Shown: piece by piece, positions 28,679 through 38,960 of the stretch
Numbering within the stretch: position 1 is the first letter of the stretch
Layout: the number at the start of each line of letters is the position of its first letter
DNA from: an uncultured virus (IMG/VR IMGVR_UViG_3300049259_000219)
Taxonomy: Duplodnaviria; Heunggongvirae; Uroviricota; Caudoviricetes
Virus record (IMG/VR): IMGVR_UViG_3300049259_000219
Reading direction: 5' to 3' (one strand)
Length of the DNA: 64,000 bases
Position numbers and translations under genes: made by a program
Notes under the pieces: generated by a model
The model's database searches: none
What the model saw: the letters and a program-made list of their open reading frames with translations, nothing else
Told to the model about the DNA's origin: nothing

Positions 28679-28972
28679 ATGCCTAACACCATCAAACTCA
28701 GACAGCTTCCCACCTTCCAGATCGAGGTCGACGGCCAGCTCGCCAACGGCACCTTCACCGTCGAATCGGAATGGGAGGGCTTTGTGAAGCTCGTCTGCTC
28801 CAGCGGCGGCCCCCTCAGTCACGTCATCATTCGGAAGCCGCACATTGGCCACGGGCAGAATATCCACGACCTCATCCCCAAGCTCTTCGGCGGAAATCGG
28901 GACACCAACCTTCCCCTTGTGATCGACTGCGAGCAGATCGGAGGTTCCAATCTTCGCCCCAAGTCACCGTGA
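28679..28972 (+). CDS. hypothetical protein
   Basis: 97-aa ORF. Confidence 0.55.
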   Translation: MPNTIKLRQLPTFQIEVDGQLANGTFTVESEWEGFVKLVCSSGGPLSHVIIRKPHIGHGQNIHDLIPKLFGGNRDTNLPLVIDCEQIGGSNLRPKSP

Positions 28973-29234
28973 CGGACGAAGAACTCCACCGCGACCAGTC
29001 GCACCCGGAGTATCTTTACCGGCTCGCCCCGAACTACCCCGACTCGATGGACGGCTGGACCGGGAATCGCCACCTCGCGCCACCCGACGGTCGAGTCTGG
29101 TACGGCGGCCAGCAGTCCATCTACTGGATGCGCCGCAAGGACGCACCGCAACAGAAACGCCATTACCGAAAGTATCACCCAGCCACCCACGCCGACCTAC
29201 TCATCGAGGCCGGCATTCGACCCACACCCGACAC

Positions 29235-29450
29235 ATGAAAAAGTTACTTCTCACCCTCGCCATTCTCTCCGCCACGCTCAGCTATGCAGGAACGGAGCGC
29301 GACCAGTTCGGCCGCGCGATCGCGACCACGAGCAACGGGGTCAAGCGCGATGCCAACGGCAAGATCATCGAAGTCCGCACCGTCACCCCGAACGGCGTCA
29401 TCACCCGCGACGCCAACGGCAAAACCATTTCCGTCAAAGCGGGAAAGTAG
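29235..29450 (+). CDS. small secreted protein with three RDxxG(R/K) repeats
   Basis: Signal peptide MKKLLLTLAILSATLSYA; RDQFGR, RDANGK, RDANGK. Confidence 0.75.
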   Translation: MKKLLLTLAILSATLSYAGTERDQFGRAIATTSNGVKRDANGKIIEVRTVTPNGVITRDANGKTISVKAGK

Positions 29451-29470
29451 AGCAACAAAACCAACCAACC

Positions 29471-29656
29471 ATGTTTCAGATCATCATCACCGAAATCCCC
29501 GATCCAGCCGCCGCAAAGAACCAGAACCCGGAGTCTCTCCCGCTCGGAACGATCCAACGCTACTCGCAGACCGTCGACAACCTCGACGTGCAGGGCATCA
29601 TCCGCATGATCAACACGACGCAGCGGAAGCAGCGCGAATCCAAGAAGAAGACGTAA
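29471..29656 (+). CDS. hypothetical protein
   Basis: A/C-rich leader; stop just before motif A. Confidence 0.6.
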   Translation: MFQIIITEIPDPAAAKNQNPESLPLGTIQRYSQTVDNLDVQGIIRMINTTQRKQRESKKKT

Positions 29657-29679
29657 TTTCGCGTAACGCGTACCGCAAA

Positions 29680-30366
29680 ATGAATTCTCCCTTGTGTCCG
29701 TTCCACCCGGAGCAAAGCGACGCGATCATGCGCCGCTGGCCGAGGATCATTCTGCCGACATTCGACCTCACGCAAGTGCTCGCCGGCACGGACAAGGGAC
29801 CGGCCTATGCGGGGAGCCCGCACATTTGCGACTTCGTCGACGGCATCCGGCTCGTCGTCACCGTCACGCAATCCAGCACCGGCGACGAGGAGCTCCTGCA
29901 GGTGGTTCTCAGCACGACGGATGACTGCGACTGGGTCCAGATGACCCCCTCCATTGAAGAATGGAAGCGCCTGGCGATCGACCTCCTACTCAGCATCGAG
30001 CCAGACGGACGGCCGCGGATTCCGGAACGGCATCTCATCACCGAGAAAGGCCACTTGATTCTACTCTTTGCCTGGGACCGCAAGGCAGAAGAGAGCGCCC
30101 TATTCGATCAGCAGACCATCGACCCGGCACCACTCGGCCGCGGCCTTGAGATCTTCACCATTTACCGGCCGCCCAACCCCGCCCTGCGCGAGGCATCCAA
30201 GGCATTCGTCGTGCGGCGCCTCATCACCATCGAGGGAGGCACGGTGCCAGGCGGAAGCTGGACGCGCGCGACCTTGGACGCGGCGCGACGCATCATCCCC
30301 GGCGACAAGGTCAACGTCGGCCGCCAGTTCGGCGACGACGCGACGATTGAGGAAGTCTGGCTCTAA
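29680..30366 (+). CDS. hypothetical protein
   Basis: Motif A runs into ATG 29680; last gene of the + arm. Confidence 0.7.
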   Translation: MNSPLCPFHPEQSDAIMRRWPRIILPTFDLTQVLAGTDKGPAYAGSPHICDFVDGIRLVVTVTQSSTGDEELLQVVLSTTDDCDWVQMTPSIEEWKRLAIDLLLSIEPDGRPRIPERHLITEKGHLILLFAWDRKAEESALFDQQTIDPAPLGRGLEIFTIYRPPNPALREASKAFVVRRLITIEGGTVPGGSWTRATLDAARRIIPGDKVNVGRQFGDDATIEEVWL

Positions 30367-32444
30367 CTAAAGGCTCCGTTAGTCAGACTCGCGGACCGCT
30401 TGGCATACGTGAAGTCGAGGCGGAAGTGTTTAATCACGCTGGAAGAGCCCGGCAGATAGACCTCATCAAGCTTCTCGCGCGGTGGATCGAGGTAACCGCC
30501 GGCGGGGATCTTCCCACGCGCCCAAGCCTTCGCCGCGGCTGCGGAAATGGCCGTAATCGTTCCGGTCGCAACCTGCATCCCGGGCGTCAGTCCGACGTTC
30601 GTCTGCACATGCGGCACGCCGTAGGGAATCGGCGTAATCACGGTCGCCTGAATGGAGTAGGTCGTCTCGAGCGAGTAGGTCGCTTCCTTAATGCCATCCG
30701 TTCCGAACTGGTAGGAGCTCCCCGCCAGGGAGTTGACAAAGGAGATCGAGAACTGACGGCTGATGAAGGCGTTGACGCCACCCTTATCGAAGCTCGAGGT
30801 ACGCTCATCCGTGGCAAGGGAAGGCAGATCGACGACCAGCGCATTGATCAAAGCATCCGCGTTCGCCTCCGTATCCGACCACGCCGTGCCAGTGTAAGAC
30901 AGCGTCGCCTCTCCCTGCCGGTAATCGTTCGAGGTCTTGACCTGATACTGGATGGAGCCGGCCGACTTGACCGCGTGGAAGACGTACGAGAAATCGACCC
31001 GGTTGTGCTGCGCCGTCACGCCGGCGTCCAACACCGACGACGTCTCCTTCTCGCTGCGGAGCAAGCCGGTCCCAGGCTTGAAGGAGCGTGCCAAGGCAAT
31101 CGCGGCCGCGTAGGTCGGAGCCACCGTGTAGCCGCTGGTCGTCGTCGTGTTTGACCCGAAGGTCTGCTTGTCCACGTCACTGGTGACCTCCGCGTAAGCC
31201 AGCGCACCCTTGCGCATGTATTCGTAGGAGAAGGTCACCTCGACGAAATACTCGTCCCCGGAAACGCTCGTCGTGTTCACCACCTCATTGGCCGAGATCC
31301 GCATCGGGTATTTCCCGTTGCCGAGGACGCGGGCCTTCGTGATCGCCGCGCTCGCCGTCTCCGCCACCACCTTGCCGGAGTACGTCGTGATAAGCTGACC
31401 CGCCTTCAGGTCGTCCTTGTCCGCGATCGTCAGGGTGTAGCTCTCGGCTGCGCTGCTCAGCGTCTCCCGGAAGTCGACCGAGAAGTTCATCTCGATCCAC
31501 GTCGAGCCGTCCACACCATCCACGTCGTGATCCGTTACCTCACGCCCCTTCAGCGTGCGACCCGTCGCGTAGATGGCGATCATCTCATCCGTCTTGACCA
31601 CGGCCGCCGCCCGCGTGTTGGCGCGCACGGTGCCATGGACGGACGTTTGCCTCTCCCGCTTTTCCAGATCGTCCTTCGTCGCTACTGTCAGGTCCGCCTC
31701 CGCGTAAGCGCCGTTCGGGTATCGCTGATAGCTACACGCGATGCTCCAGTCGAGATAGTCGCTGCCGTCATGCAGATCCGTGTCCACGGTGTCCACCCGC
31801 ACGACCTTGGAGAAGGTACCCCACGCGAGCGTCCCGTCCTTGGAGTCAACGATTGCCTTGATCGACTGCTCAACGCCCTGGAGATAGGCGCGGCGGGCGT
31901 CTGAGTCCAAAGCAGGGTCAGACCGCACGCGACCCGAAGCAGAGACGTTACCGACCGACTCCTTGCGGTTGTTGACCTGGATCGCATACCGCTCCGCCTT
32001 GATCGACTCACGCCAGTTCAGGACGTAGGGCAGGGGGATCAGCGCGCCGCCGGTCGGGGTGTATGCGGCATCGACCGCCGAACTCCCATCCAATGCCTCC
32101 GTCGCCGAGAAACTGACGGTCACCTCCGTTACATGCTGACCCCATTGCGCAGGCAGGTCCGAGTCCTCGACCCGTACCAACTGATTGACGAGTTCGGTGC
32201 CGTTCTCATCCGTGATGAAGAGCACCCCCTCGGCGACCAGGAGCGCCTCCTTTAGCGCGCGAAACCGGGCCTGATTGTCCGCGAAGGTATCCTCCACAAA
32301 GATATGCTGCACCGTGTAGGTAACCGTCGCGCGCGTCGCCGGCGTGTTCGGCACGTCGGATTCGTACCGGCGGCGGGCCCCATATTGAGGTCGCCCGGTC
32401 GTGGAGAAAACATAGGCACCGTATTGAACTGTGGCGGTAGGCAT
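30363..32444 (-). CDS. putative tail/baseplate protein
   Basis: Directly downstream of the tape measure gene; beta-rich; motif A runs into ATG 32444. Confidence 0.7.
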   Translation of the reverse strand: MPTATVQYGAYVFSTTGRPQYGARRRYESDVPNTPATRATVTYTVQHIFVEDTFADNQARFRALKEALLVAEGVLFITDENGTELVNQLVRVEDSDLPAQWGQHVTEVTVSFSATEALDGSSAVDAAYTPTGGALIPLPYVLNWRESIKAERYAIQVNNRKESVGNVSASGRVRSDPALDSDARRAYLQGVEQSIKAIVDSKDGTLAWGTFSKVVRVDTVDTDLHDGSDYLDWSIACSYQRYPNGAYAEADLTVATKDDLEKRERQTSVHGTVRANTRAAAVVKTDEMIAIYATGRTLKGREVTDHDVDGVDGSTWIEMNFSVDFRETLSSAAESYTLTIADKDDLKAGQLITTYSGKVVAETASAAITKARVLGNGKYPMRISANEVVNTTSVSGDEYFVEVTFSYEYMRKGALAYAEVTSDVDKQTFGSNTTTTSGYTVAPTYAAAIALARSFKPGTGLLRSEKETSSVLDAGVTAQHNRVDFSYVFHAVKSAGSIQYQVKTSNDYRQGEATLSYTGTAWSDTEANADALINALVVDLPSLATDERTSSFDKGGVNAFISRQFSISFVNSLAGSSYQFGTDGIKEATYSLETTYSIQATVITPIPYGVPHVQTNVGLTPGMQVATGTITAISAAAAKAWARGKIPAGGYLDPPREKLDEVYLPGSSSVIKHFRLDFTYAKRSASLTNGAFS

Positions 32445-32466
32445 TTTGCGGTACGCGTTACGTAAA

Positions 32467-35400
32467 TCACGAAAGGGTTCCGGCGCCGGCGCTTTGTGCG
32501 CTGGCCGTTCGGAGGGAAGCTTTGAACGACGCGAAGTCGGCTCGCATTTCAGACAGTTGAGCATCGAACTTGGCAATGACCATATTGCTCGTCGTCGTGA
32601 TCATCTCCCGAAACTGGTCGGAGAATTGAAGGTTGACGCTGGCGGTCGGCACGGGCGGCGCCACGGCCGACGGCGGCGTGGTGTTCAGCTTGATGCTCTC
32701 CCGCAAGCTATCGCCCGCCTCCTTGATCGCGGCGTTCATCGAGCCGAGGTTCTCCAAAAGTAACTTTTGCTCCGCCTCGAGCTCACCGGCCCGCGACTTG
32801 ATTTCCGGCGGCAGGCTATCGGGGTTGAACTTCTGGACCGCCTCTTGGGTGCCCTTGTCCAGAAACTGAAACTCGGCCGCGTTGAAGCCTGAGCCCCGCT
32901 TGTTCGTGAAGCTCTTCACCAGAGCGGCCCGCAGCTGCTCCTCACGGGTGGCGAGCAAGAGATTCTTCGAAGCCTCCTCCCGTTCCTTGACCCGCTCATT
33001 GACGATGTCCCGCGCCAGGTGAAAGCGCCGCTCGTCAAGACTCACGCCAATCTCGGCCAGCCGGTTATTGAGTTGCAGGATCTCACCCTCCGATCGCGAC
33101 TGCCCGAGCTTGTCGCCGCCGGCGATCGCTTTGCTCCGGTCCCCCAAGGCCGCATCCAGGAGCCCGCCGTAGTCGGCGCCGCCGGTCCCCTGCAACACAC
33201 CGATGCCCTTGATCTCGCTCAGAAGCTGCGCCGTCTGTGAGGTGCCCGTCTGGAACTGCGTCGTCTCCTGTTTGGCCTTGCGTCGACCGCTGGCAATCTC
33301 GTCCTGCAGTTGGTTGTACTCCCGCAGGATACGCAACTGCTCTTTGGCGTCCTCGATGGCCTTCTTCTTTCCACCCGGACTCTCCTCGACCGCCGCGCCC
33401 GCTCCCTCCAGCGCCGCATTGTTGGCGTTCGTCCCCTTCTGGAGATCGAGGAATGCCTTGCGCGCCTCTTCCGAGGCCCGTCGCGCCGCCTGGGTTCGGT
33501 TGTCGAAATTGGCGTACTGATCCAACGGCTCTGTCTTATCGGCCTCCGTCTCGATGAACGCAGCCGGGTCGGCATTGAAGGACTTGAGCCGCTCCGCCGC
33601 ATCGTCCCGCGCCCGACGCTCGCGCCAGAAAGGCGAGTCATTCTTGCCGTTCAGGTTGCCCGCCGCGACGAGCTGCCCCCGGTAGAACTCCGCCTCGTCC
33701 CGCGCCTTCATGTCCGCCTTTGCCAGCTCCATGTTCAGCTGATCGTAGAGCGCCTTGGTGTCGACCAGCCCAACCCACTCCTGACGCTTCGCCTTATAGG
33801 CAGCCTCCGACGCTTCGACAGCCACCTTGCCAGCCGCCTCCGAAGCCGCCTTCGTGTCTTCGATCAGCTTGAGCTGCTGCTCCAACGCGTAGATCTTCCG
33901 GTCGGTCTTCTCCACCTCGTCATCGGTCGTCGTGCTGGCGTGCGCGGAAACCACGGCCTCGATGCCCTTCATCTGCTCCTTGAATCGGTCGACGTAACCG
34001 GCCTTCACATCACCGACGTTCGTATCGCCGGGATCGTAGGTCGCCGTGTACGCCGTCGCCACGTCGCCGCGAAGGCCAGCCTGCGCACGCTGCGCTTCCT
34101 CCAGCTTTCCCTGCTGAATGACCACGTCCTTGCCAGCCGCCTTCCGCTTCTCGATTTCCTCCGAAAGCAAAGCCACCGCCAACGCCTGCTTTTCCAGAGC
34201 CGCCGCCTTTTGCTGGAGTTCCTGCCCGGCAAAGACCCGCCGCTGGGCGGCGAACCGAGCCTCTTCCTTAGAGAGTCGAAGCTGAAGCTCCTTCACGTTG
34301 CCGATCGCCAGCAAGTCGTGGAACTCCGCCTTGAGCTGGCTCCTCTTGAAGTTGCCCGGATCTTCCTCCCGCGTGTAAGCAATCTGCGCGAAGTCATCCA
34401 ACGCCTGCGATGCCGCCTTAGGGTCGGACTTGATCAGCGTCGGAATGGCTTTCGAAATCGTTCCTGCCAACCGGGAGGACATATCGGCTGCTGACGCAAA
34501 CGCCTTCGTTCGCTCCAACTCCTTGTTGTAGACCGCCAGATCGTCCGCCGCGTTCTCGGCCGTGGTCGAGAAATGCTTGAACAGCGAGTTAATCCCCCGC
34601 ATGGCGAGATCCACCGCGGCCGACGCCGCCAGAAAGACCGCCATCTCAGGACTGAAGATCGCGCCCAGCCCCGTCATCAACAACCCCTTGCCGACCGCCT
34701 TGAGCCCGGTATTCACCGCTGGCTTCACTGGCCCGATGAATCCCGCCGCCGCGCCGCCTGGGCCGCCCTTCGGCGTCGCGCCCGCCAGCGCGTTGTGCCG
34801 CGCCAGTTGCGTGTTGCCAGCCTGCACCGCGGCCGCGAACTGCACCCACAGCGATTGCACGTGCCCGATCGTCCTGCCCAACAGCCCCGTATCCTTGGCA
34901 CTCTTCATCATCGCCACGCCGATCTTGATGCCCATCGCCACGAACAACGAGGTGATGATAAGGACCGCCCCAGGCGCGTCGCCCATCAGCCGAATCAGGT
35001 TCGACAGAAGCTCGATCGCCATCGCGAACTCACCACCGATGCTATGACTGCCGCCCACGGTCAGCATGTTCGTCGCCAGTCGCTGATACGCCGTCGAGAG
35101 GGACGCCAACTGACTCAGGGTCGTGGCCCGAATCTTCTCATTCTCCCGCTCCGCGCTCCCGAGATCGTTCTGCGCCTTGATCGCCAGCATCTGCCCGGTC
35201 ACATAGCCGTCGATGATCGCCTGCAATCGGCTCGCCTGCATCTTGCCGCCGACCTTCTGCAAGAACTCACCTTGCGACGCCTTGTCCACCTTCTGGAACA
35301 TCAGGTAGATCTCATTGAGCAGCGTGCTCATGTCCTTCAGGTCGCCGCCCGGCGTCTTCACGTCGAACTTGAAGTCTGTCTTGAGCATCCCCTGGAGCTT

Positions 35401-37749
35401 GGGATTCGACAGACTGACAATGAGCGACTTGACCGCGTTGCCGATCTCCGCACCCGAGCGGCCCGTCCGGCCCACACCAGAGCCGATGATGCCCATCAAC
35501 TCAGCGAGCGAAAGCCCAGCCTGCTTGGCGATAGAGCTGGTCCGCGCCAAGCCGCCGAGCAAGTCCTTGTTCGTGACGTTATAGTTGTTCGAGACCGTGT
35601 TCAGCTCATTGAGCACGGTCCGCAGCTCACCGACCTGGAGGCGGTAGGCAGCGAACACCGCCGACAGTTGCTCAGCCGCTTCCGACGTGGAAATCTCAGC
35701 CACGTTCGCAGCCTTGAGCGACACGTCGACCGCCTCCAACACTTCCCGCTGGGTCAGGCCCAACCGGCTCCAACGGACCGCCGCGTCAAGAGCTTCCTCA
35801 CCGCCACGCCCGTTCGCCGCCGCCAACTCCAGAGTCTTGTCGCGCAGCGAAACGATCTCCGCCGACTGCGCATTGAAATCACCAGTCGACCCACGAAACA
35901 CCGCCGACAAGCGAGCCGCCTGAAACTCCAGCTTCGCCATCGACTGCGCGCCAAACTCCAGCAAGGCGAGCGACTTGTAGAGCACACCGACCGACAAGGC
36001 CCACGCCGACACGGTCACGATGTTATCCAGCATCGACTTGCCGGCGGCCGTCGCCGAACGCTTCGTGTTATCCAGCGCCGCCGAGGTACGATTCAGGGTG
36101 CCCGCCAGCTCGTTGCCCGCCGCATCGAAGCGCCGCGTCCATTCGATCGACTGCTGAAAGCCAGCCGGGTCAATCCGCTCCGCCTTGGCCGTGACCGTCT
36201 TGCCGCCCGCCGCGTCCTTCTCGACCGTACGCTTTTCGGTTCCACCAAAGGTCGAAAACTCCTGCTTGAACTTCGCGTTCATCGACGCGGTTTCCTGCCG
36301 CAGACGATCAGCTTCCTGCTTGGCTCGCGCCATCTCGGCCTCGATCTGACTGGCCCGCGCCGTCATCACCTCCGCGTTCTTCTGCGCTCCCAACTCGCCC
36401 GGGGATCCACCGCGGCCACCGGCCCGCATCGCATCGGCCAGTTGTTGGTAGGCGGTCGCATGCTTCTTCAGTAGCTCAACCTCCTCCTGCCGCCCGTCAT
36501 GCAGCTTCATCTGACTGGAGAACTCGCGGTCAAGCTGCGCCGCACGCTCCCGGAAACCCGTGTCCATCTTGCCGCCAATATCCGAGCGCATCGCCGCCGA
36601 CTCCCGCACCGCGTTCATTTGCGTCTGGCGACTCGCCATCTCCTCCAGATTTCTGACGCGCAACGTCTCGGCGCGGTACATCCGCTCGCCGGACAGCCCA
36701 GCCGCGTTCATCTTGTCGAGGATGACCTGCCGCGCCTCCGCCTCCTGCCGTAGCAGGCCGAGCTGCTCCGGACTCTCTTTCTTGAACCCCGCTTGAAACA
36801 TCGCGGCGCGACGCGAAGACGACTCCGCTTGCACAGCCGCCATCTCCGCTTGGTACTTCTGCACCTGGTCGATCGACGTGGAGGTCAGCCCCTTGGAGCC
36901 GAGCAACGTCCGCGTCTCACCCGGCCCGTCCCGAAAGGTTACCGTCTGCCGCTGGATCGTCCCCGAGCGATCGCGCAAGACACGCCGGCGCGTCTCGCCC
37001 GCGACCGACTCGGCCTCAGCCGTTCGCACTACGGCCTCCGCCAGCTTACGCTCCACCGCGACGGCCTTTTCCGTGACGCCATTCAGATTCCCCAGTGTCG
37101 CCACGGTCCGCCGAGCCGCGTCATCCTGCTGCGTCAAAGCTCCCGCCGCTTGCGCGACCGCCGTCGTCAGCTTTTGCTCCGCCGCCGCCGATCGCTCCGA
37201 AGGCCCACTATCGGATTGCTTCGGCGTACCACTCACACCCTCAGCGAGCCCAGCGACCCGCTGCATCGCCGCGTACTTCTTGGTCAGCTCATCAGCCGCG
37301 ACGATATTCGCATTCAACTCCTGCCTCATCGCCGCCAGCTTGTCCGTGCGCGCAAATTGCAGGATCTCACCCTTGCCAGCGTTGTTCAGGGATTCGAACT
37401 TCCCCTGCATCTGCACGCTCTTCGTCATCGCAAGGTCGACCTGGCGCCCCAGGTCCTCGGTTTGCTTCTTGGCCCAAAGCGCCACCTCGCCGGCGGTCGT
37501 GAATCCCTTCTCCAGATTGGTCGCCACCTGCTTTTCGCCGATCCCTTCCAGCGCATTCCGCAACGCCGCCACATTCGCGGTGGCTGCATCGAGGTGATCA
37601 GTCCCCGAAACCTTGATGTTGACGCTGATCGTCCCGCGCGCCTCCAGCCGATCGAGCAACGCATCGGCGAATTGCAGCTTGCCGATCAGATCCGTCAGCC
37701 CCGGCAGAGCCATCTTCGGGGAAGTGAGGTTCAGGCTGATAGTTTCCAC
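32467..37749 (-). CDS. tail tape measure protein
   Basis: 1760 aa, Ala-rich helical; TP901-type core (LNTVSNNY...LARTSSIAKQAGLSLAEL...SGAEIGNAVKSL); hydrophobic segments. Confidence 0.9.
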   Translation of the reverse strand: METISLNLTSPKMALPGLTDLIGKLQFADALLDRLEARGTISVNIKVSGTDHLDAATANVAALRNALEGIGEKQVATNLEKGFTTAGEVALWAKKQTEDLGRQVDLAMTKSVQMQGKFESLNNAGKGEILQFARTDKLAAMRQELNANIVAADELTKKYAAMQRVAGLAEGVSGTPKQSDSGPSERSAAAEQKLTTAVAQAAGALTQQDDAARRTVATLGNLNGVTEKAVAVERKLAEAVVRTAEAESVAGETRRRVLRDRSGTIQRQTVTFRDGPGETRTLLGSKGLTSTSIDQVQKYQAEMAAVQAESSSRRAAMFQAGFKKESPEQLGLLRQEAEARQVILDKMNAAGLSGERMYRAETLRVRNLEEMASRQTQMNAVRESAAMRSDIGGKMDTGFRERAAQLDREFSSQMKLHDGRQEEVELLKKHATAYQQLADAMRAGGRGGSPGELGAQKNAEVMTARASQIEAEMARAKQEADRLRQETASMNAKFKQEFSTFGGTEKRTVEKDAAGGKTVTAKAERIDPAGFQQSIEWTRRFDAAGNELAGTLNRTSAALDNTKRSATAAGKSMLDNIVTVSAWALSVGVLYKSLALLEFGAQSMAKLEFQAARLSAVFRGSTGDFNAQSAEIVSLRDKTLELAAANGRGGEEALDAAVRWSRLGLTQREVLEAVDVSLKAANVAEISTSEAAEQLSAVFAAYRLQVGELRTVLNELNTVSNNYNVTNKDLLGGLARTSSIAKQAGLSLAELMGIIGSGVGRTGRSGAEIGNAVKSLIVSLSNPKLQGMLKTDFKFDVKTPGGDLKDMSTLLNEIYLMFQKVDKASQGEFLQKVGGKMQASRLQAIIDGYVTGQMLAIKAQNDLGSAERENEKIRATTLSQLASLSTAYQRLATNMLTVGGSHSIGGEFAMAIELLSNLIRLMGDAPGAVLIITSLFVAMGIKIGVAMMKSAKDTGLLGRTIGHVQSLWVQFAAAVQAGNTQLARHNALAGATPKGGPGGAAAGFIGPVKPAVNTGLKAVGKGLLMTGLGAIFSPEMAVFLAASAAVDLAMRGINSLFKHFSTTAENAADDLAVYNKELERTKAFASAADMSSRLAGTISKAIPTLIKSDPKAASQALDDFAQIAYTREEDPGNFKRSQLKAEFHDLLAIGNVKELQLRLSKEEARFAAQRRVFAGQELQQKAAALEKQALAVALLSEEIEKRKAAGKDVVIQQGKLEEAQRAQAGLRGDVATAYTATYDPGDTNVGDVKAGYVDRFKEQMKGIEAVVSAHASTTTDDEVEKTDRKIYALEQQLKLIEDTKAASEAAGKVAVEASEAAYKAKRQEWVGLVDTKALYDQLNMELAKADMKARDEAEFYRGQLVAAGNLNGKNDSPFWRERRARDDAAERLKSFNADPAAFIETEADKTEPLDQYANFDNRTQAARRASEEARKAFLDLQKGTNANNAALEGAGAAVEESPGGKKKAIEDAKEQLRILREYNQLQDEIASGRRKAKQETTQFQTGTSQTAQLLSEIKGIGVLQGTGGADYGGLLDAALGDRSKAIAGGDKLGQSRSEGEILQLNNRLAEIGVSLDERRFHLARDIVNERVKEREEASKNLLLATREEQLRAALVKSFTNKRGSGFNAAEFQFLDKGTQEAVQKFNPDSLPPEIKSRAGELEAEQKLLLENLGSMNAAIKEAGDSLRESIKLNTTPPSAVAPPVPTASVNLQFSDQFREMITTTSNMVIAKFDAQLSEMRADFASFKASLRTASAQSAGAGTLS

Positions 37750-37822
37750 GCTCCCTCACTTTCCGACTTGCATTGGAAAAGCAAGTAAGGACGGCAGTTC
37801 GCGGAACGCGTACCGCGAAAAG

Positions 37823-38044
37823 TTACTTTGCCACTTCGCCGCGCGTCCAGAGCCAGAAGCTCGCCACCTTGCACGCCCCGAAACACCCAGCCCGCTTGCC
37901 GAACACCACCTCGAACCGCAGGGCATCCCCCTCGATCGCCACGATGCGCCGATGCTCTTCGAAGCGCACTTCCAGCCCGTTGGTATGCACGCTCTCCACG
38001 GTCAGCCGCTGCTCACCGTTGCCCAAGCGCTCCCCGTAGCTCAC
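37823..38044 (-). CDS. hypothetical protein
   Basis: 73 aa, coupled to the upstream ORF; stop lies in motif B. Confidence 0.5.
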   Translation of the reverse strand: MSYGERLGNGEQRLTVESVHTNGLEVRFEEHRRIVAIEGDALRFEVVFGKRAGCFGACKVASFWLWTRGEVAK

Positions 38045-38372
38045 CTGCGCCCCCCTCCCTGCCGGAAGCCCGCTAGGGACGGCGACGCCTGCGGAGCCTC
38101 ATCACCCTCCTCCTTTGGTTTCGTCTTTGCGTACTTCTCATTGGTGTACGCCTCACGCATCCCGTGTTCCACGTAGTGCGCGATCGCCCACCCTTTCACG
38201 ACCGGCGATTCTTTCATCCAGTCGCCGAGGGTGTAGTGGAAGAAACGCGCCGCCTCCAACGAGATGAAGTGCCAGTCAGCCTCCGGCGCGTAGGACTTAT
38301 CCTTGGACTTCCAAGGCTTCCCATCGGGGTTCCAAAGCTCCGGTATCCCCGCTATCCGTCGCTTTAGATAAA
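38041..38372 (-). CDS. tail assembly chaperone -1 frameshift extension (gpT-like)
   Basis: -1 frame is open from ACT TTT to 38041 and has no good start of its own. Confidence 0.65.
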
Positions 38373-38912
38373 AGTCGCCTGCTCGATCGTCGTCGTCGTC
38401 AGGGACATGATCTGCGTCCGCAGCAACTCCAACACGTGCGGCGGAAATTGATCACGGAGCTGGCCAAGCTGCTCCTCCGCGGTGCCCTTGATTTCCATCT
38501 CTGGCAGGCCCATCGCAATGATGACCGCCCGCTTGAGCTCGAACATATCCGACGCTTCCTTCCGGTATTTCGGATCGCTAAAATCAAAGTCCTCGACTCC
38601 CACGATCACCCTCCCCTTCTCATCTTTCTTCGGCTTCAGCGGCGGACGCGGCTCCGCCATCTCGTCGAGCTGAGCCGCCTCGCGGCTGGACAACCCCCGA
38701 ATCTGTACCGACACGGTGACCCCGTGCAGGTCGAAACTCAACTCCTTGGGCGACCGCGACAATTCGGACAACCGCTTGAGGTCGCTGATCTTTTCGACCT
38801 TGGCCCGGTCGATGACCTCCCCGCTATCAGTGAGGACACACCCCTTGGGGTGACAGGATTGCAGCAGGGCCAGGGCTTCGCGGTATTCAGGGGAGTCGGT
38901 GAGTGGTGTCAT
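38364..38912 (-). CDS. tail assembly chaperone (gpG-like)
   Basis: Upstream of the tape measure gene; ends ...GCG ACT TTT ATC TAA. Confidence 0.7.
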   Translation of the reverse strand: MTPLTDSPEYREALALLQSCHPKGCVLTDSGEVIDRAKVEKISDLKRLSELSRSPKELSFDLHGVTVSVQIRGLSSREAAQLDEMAEPRPPLKPKKDEKGRVIVGVEDFDFSDPKYRKEASDMFELKRAVIIAMGLPEMEIKGTAEEQLGQLRDQFPPHVLELLRTQIMSLTTTTIEQATFI

Positions 38913-38960
38913 CGAGAATGGTTTTGTCTATTGGAGCGCCGACAGTCAAGGTACTCCGCA

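Noticed and set aside
34573..36474. 633-aa plus-strand ORF
   Set aside because: Arg-rich antisense shadow of the tape measure gene
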